Source of the DNA: Guillardia theta CCMP2712
Lineage: Eukaryota > Protista > Cryptophyta
Direction: 5' to 3'
Assembly: GCF_000315625.1 (NCBI RefSeq)
Contig: NW_005434659.1
Span: forward strand, 91,557 to 155,556
DNA: 64,000 bases
Part shown: positions 63,301-64,000 of the stretch, in pieces
How the letters are laid out: each line of letters starts with the position of its first letter
Position numbering within the stretch: the stretch's first letter is position 1
The notes under the pieces: generated by a model
Told to the model about the DNA's origin: nothing
The model's input: only the letters and a program-made list of their open reading frames with translations
Database searches by the model: none
Made by a program: the position numbers and the translations under genes

Positions 63301-64000
63301 CTCATCTTTGACTGGACCATCGAGTACAACTCGGCGAGGGATTTCTACGTGAAACTTCAGTATGCAAGTGATGGTGACGTTATCGACCCGACAGCAAGCA
63401 TTGCTCGGGTCGTGATACTGTCAAACTCGCACATCCCTGAGTTCATCGCTCCTTCTGCCTCCTCCTCGTCCTCCTTGGCAGGAGAGCAGAACGTCGTCTC
63501 CTTCGCCTTCCGCCCCAACGTCCTCATCGCAGGAGGGGATGAGATCACGATCTCGGGGCTGAGGGGTTTCCAGGACGAGGACGCGACCCCGAAAATCATC
63601 TCAGGAGACGTCCAGCTCTTCGACCTTGCCAGCACGTCCTGGTCACGAGCTGCTGGGCTCTTGACCCTCAAGGTGAGAGAAGGAGCGTCGCTGCCATGGG
63701 ACGTGGACACAGTAGTGCGCGTCGAGCTGAGAAACGGGATGGACGACATGTGCATCTCCCCGGTGATTAAGGCAGCAGCCATCGACGCAGAGCTGGCCTC
63801 TGCTGGACCTCTGTGTTGGAAGAAAGAGTCTCTTGCAGAGCTACAACTCGCGTCGAGAGATTGTCTGCTTCCCTTGTGCTCCTTCTCTAGCAGCGTCGAT
63901 GAGCATGTCCGATACAACTTCCTCTTGCTCAACAACGTCACAGTTGGTTCAAAGATGAACCTATCCTCGTTTCTTCCCATGAGCAACCTGGCGGCAACAG
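56544..64000 (+). CDS. Very large secreted or surface protein with many Calx-beta repeats (continues beyond the window)
   Basis: Signal peptide MARMVAGLAVMAVMAAAAGG. Repeats such as VVVNRVDGYEGTLQVRYKVVDGTAINHQDF..GVLLWDE, GKIVFQSSAVEVKES..VNRVDGRDGNIKVRY and VRRADGNSGSSTVTYQT..DY..GTLTWQEGD. Only a few introns. Confidence 0.88.
60305..60410. repeat. (GTGTTC)n grading into (CTGTTC)n microsatellite in an intron
   Basis: Visible hexamer run inside the intron at about 60271-60505. Confidence 0.93.

Overview
Gene-dense eukaryotic nuclear DNA with many short (about 40-65 nt) GT-AG introns, frequent microsatellites and one 100-N assembly gap. The style suggests a cryptophyte alga such as Guillardia or Hanusia (inference only). 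Recognisable genes, in order: 14-3-3; an F-box/JmjC (JMJD6/JMJ22-like) protein split by the gap; a two-PDZ coiled-coil protein; a small Cys-rich protein; a tandem-USP protein; a GH36 alpha-galactosidase; a PKD2-like channel with a C-terminal WW domain; a secreted beta-rich protein; a LARGE/GT49-like glycosyltransferase; an eEF3-like ABC ATPase lacking HEAT repeats; a purple acid phosphatase; DNAAF5/HEATR2; two superfamily-1 helicases; and a very large Calx-beta repeat protein that runs off the right end. The most interesting region is 44.6-56.1 kb. There a ZNFX1-type helicase (NF-X1 zinc fingers plus an RZ finger hidden across introns) sits head-to-head, 257 bp apart, with an intronless Upf1/DNA2-like helicase. 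Three compact orphan genes, one with an F-box-like motif, lie next to them. This is a candidate RNA-sensing/ubiquitin defence locus. Intergenic DNA also shows two recurring patterns: micro-hairpin-dense GC patches and strand-skewed GGGT/ACCC tracts. All exon boundaries were read by eye and multi-exon coordinates are approximate.
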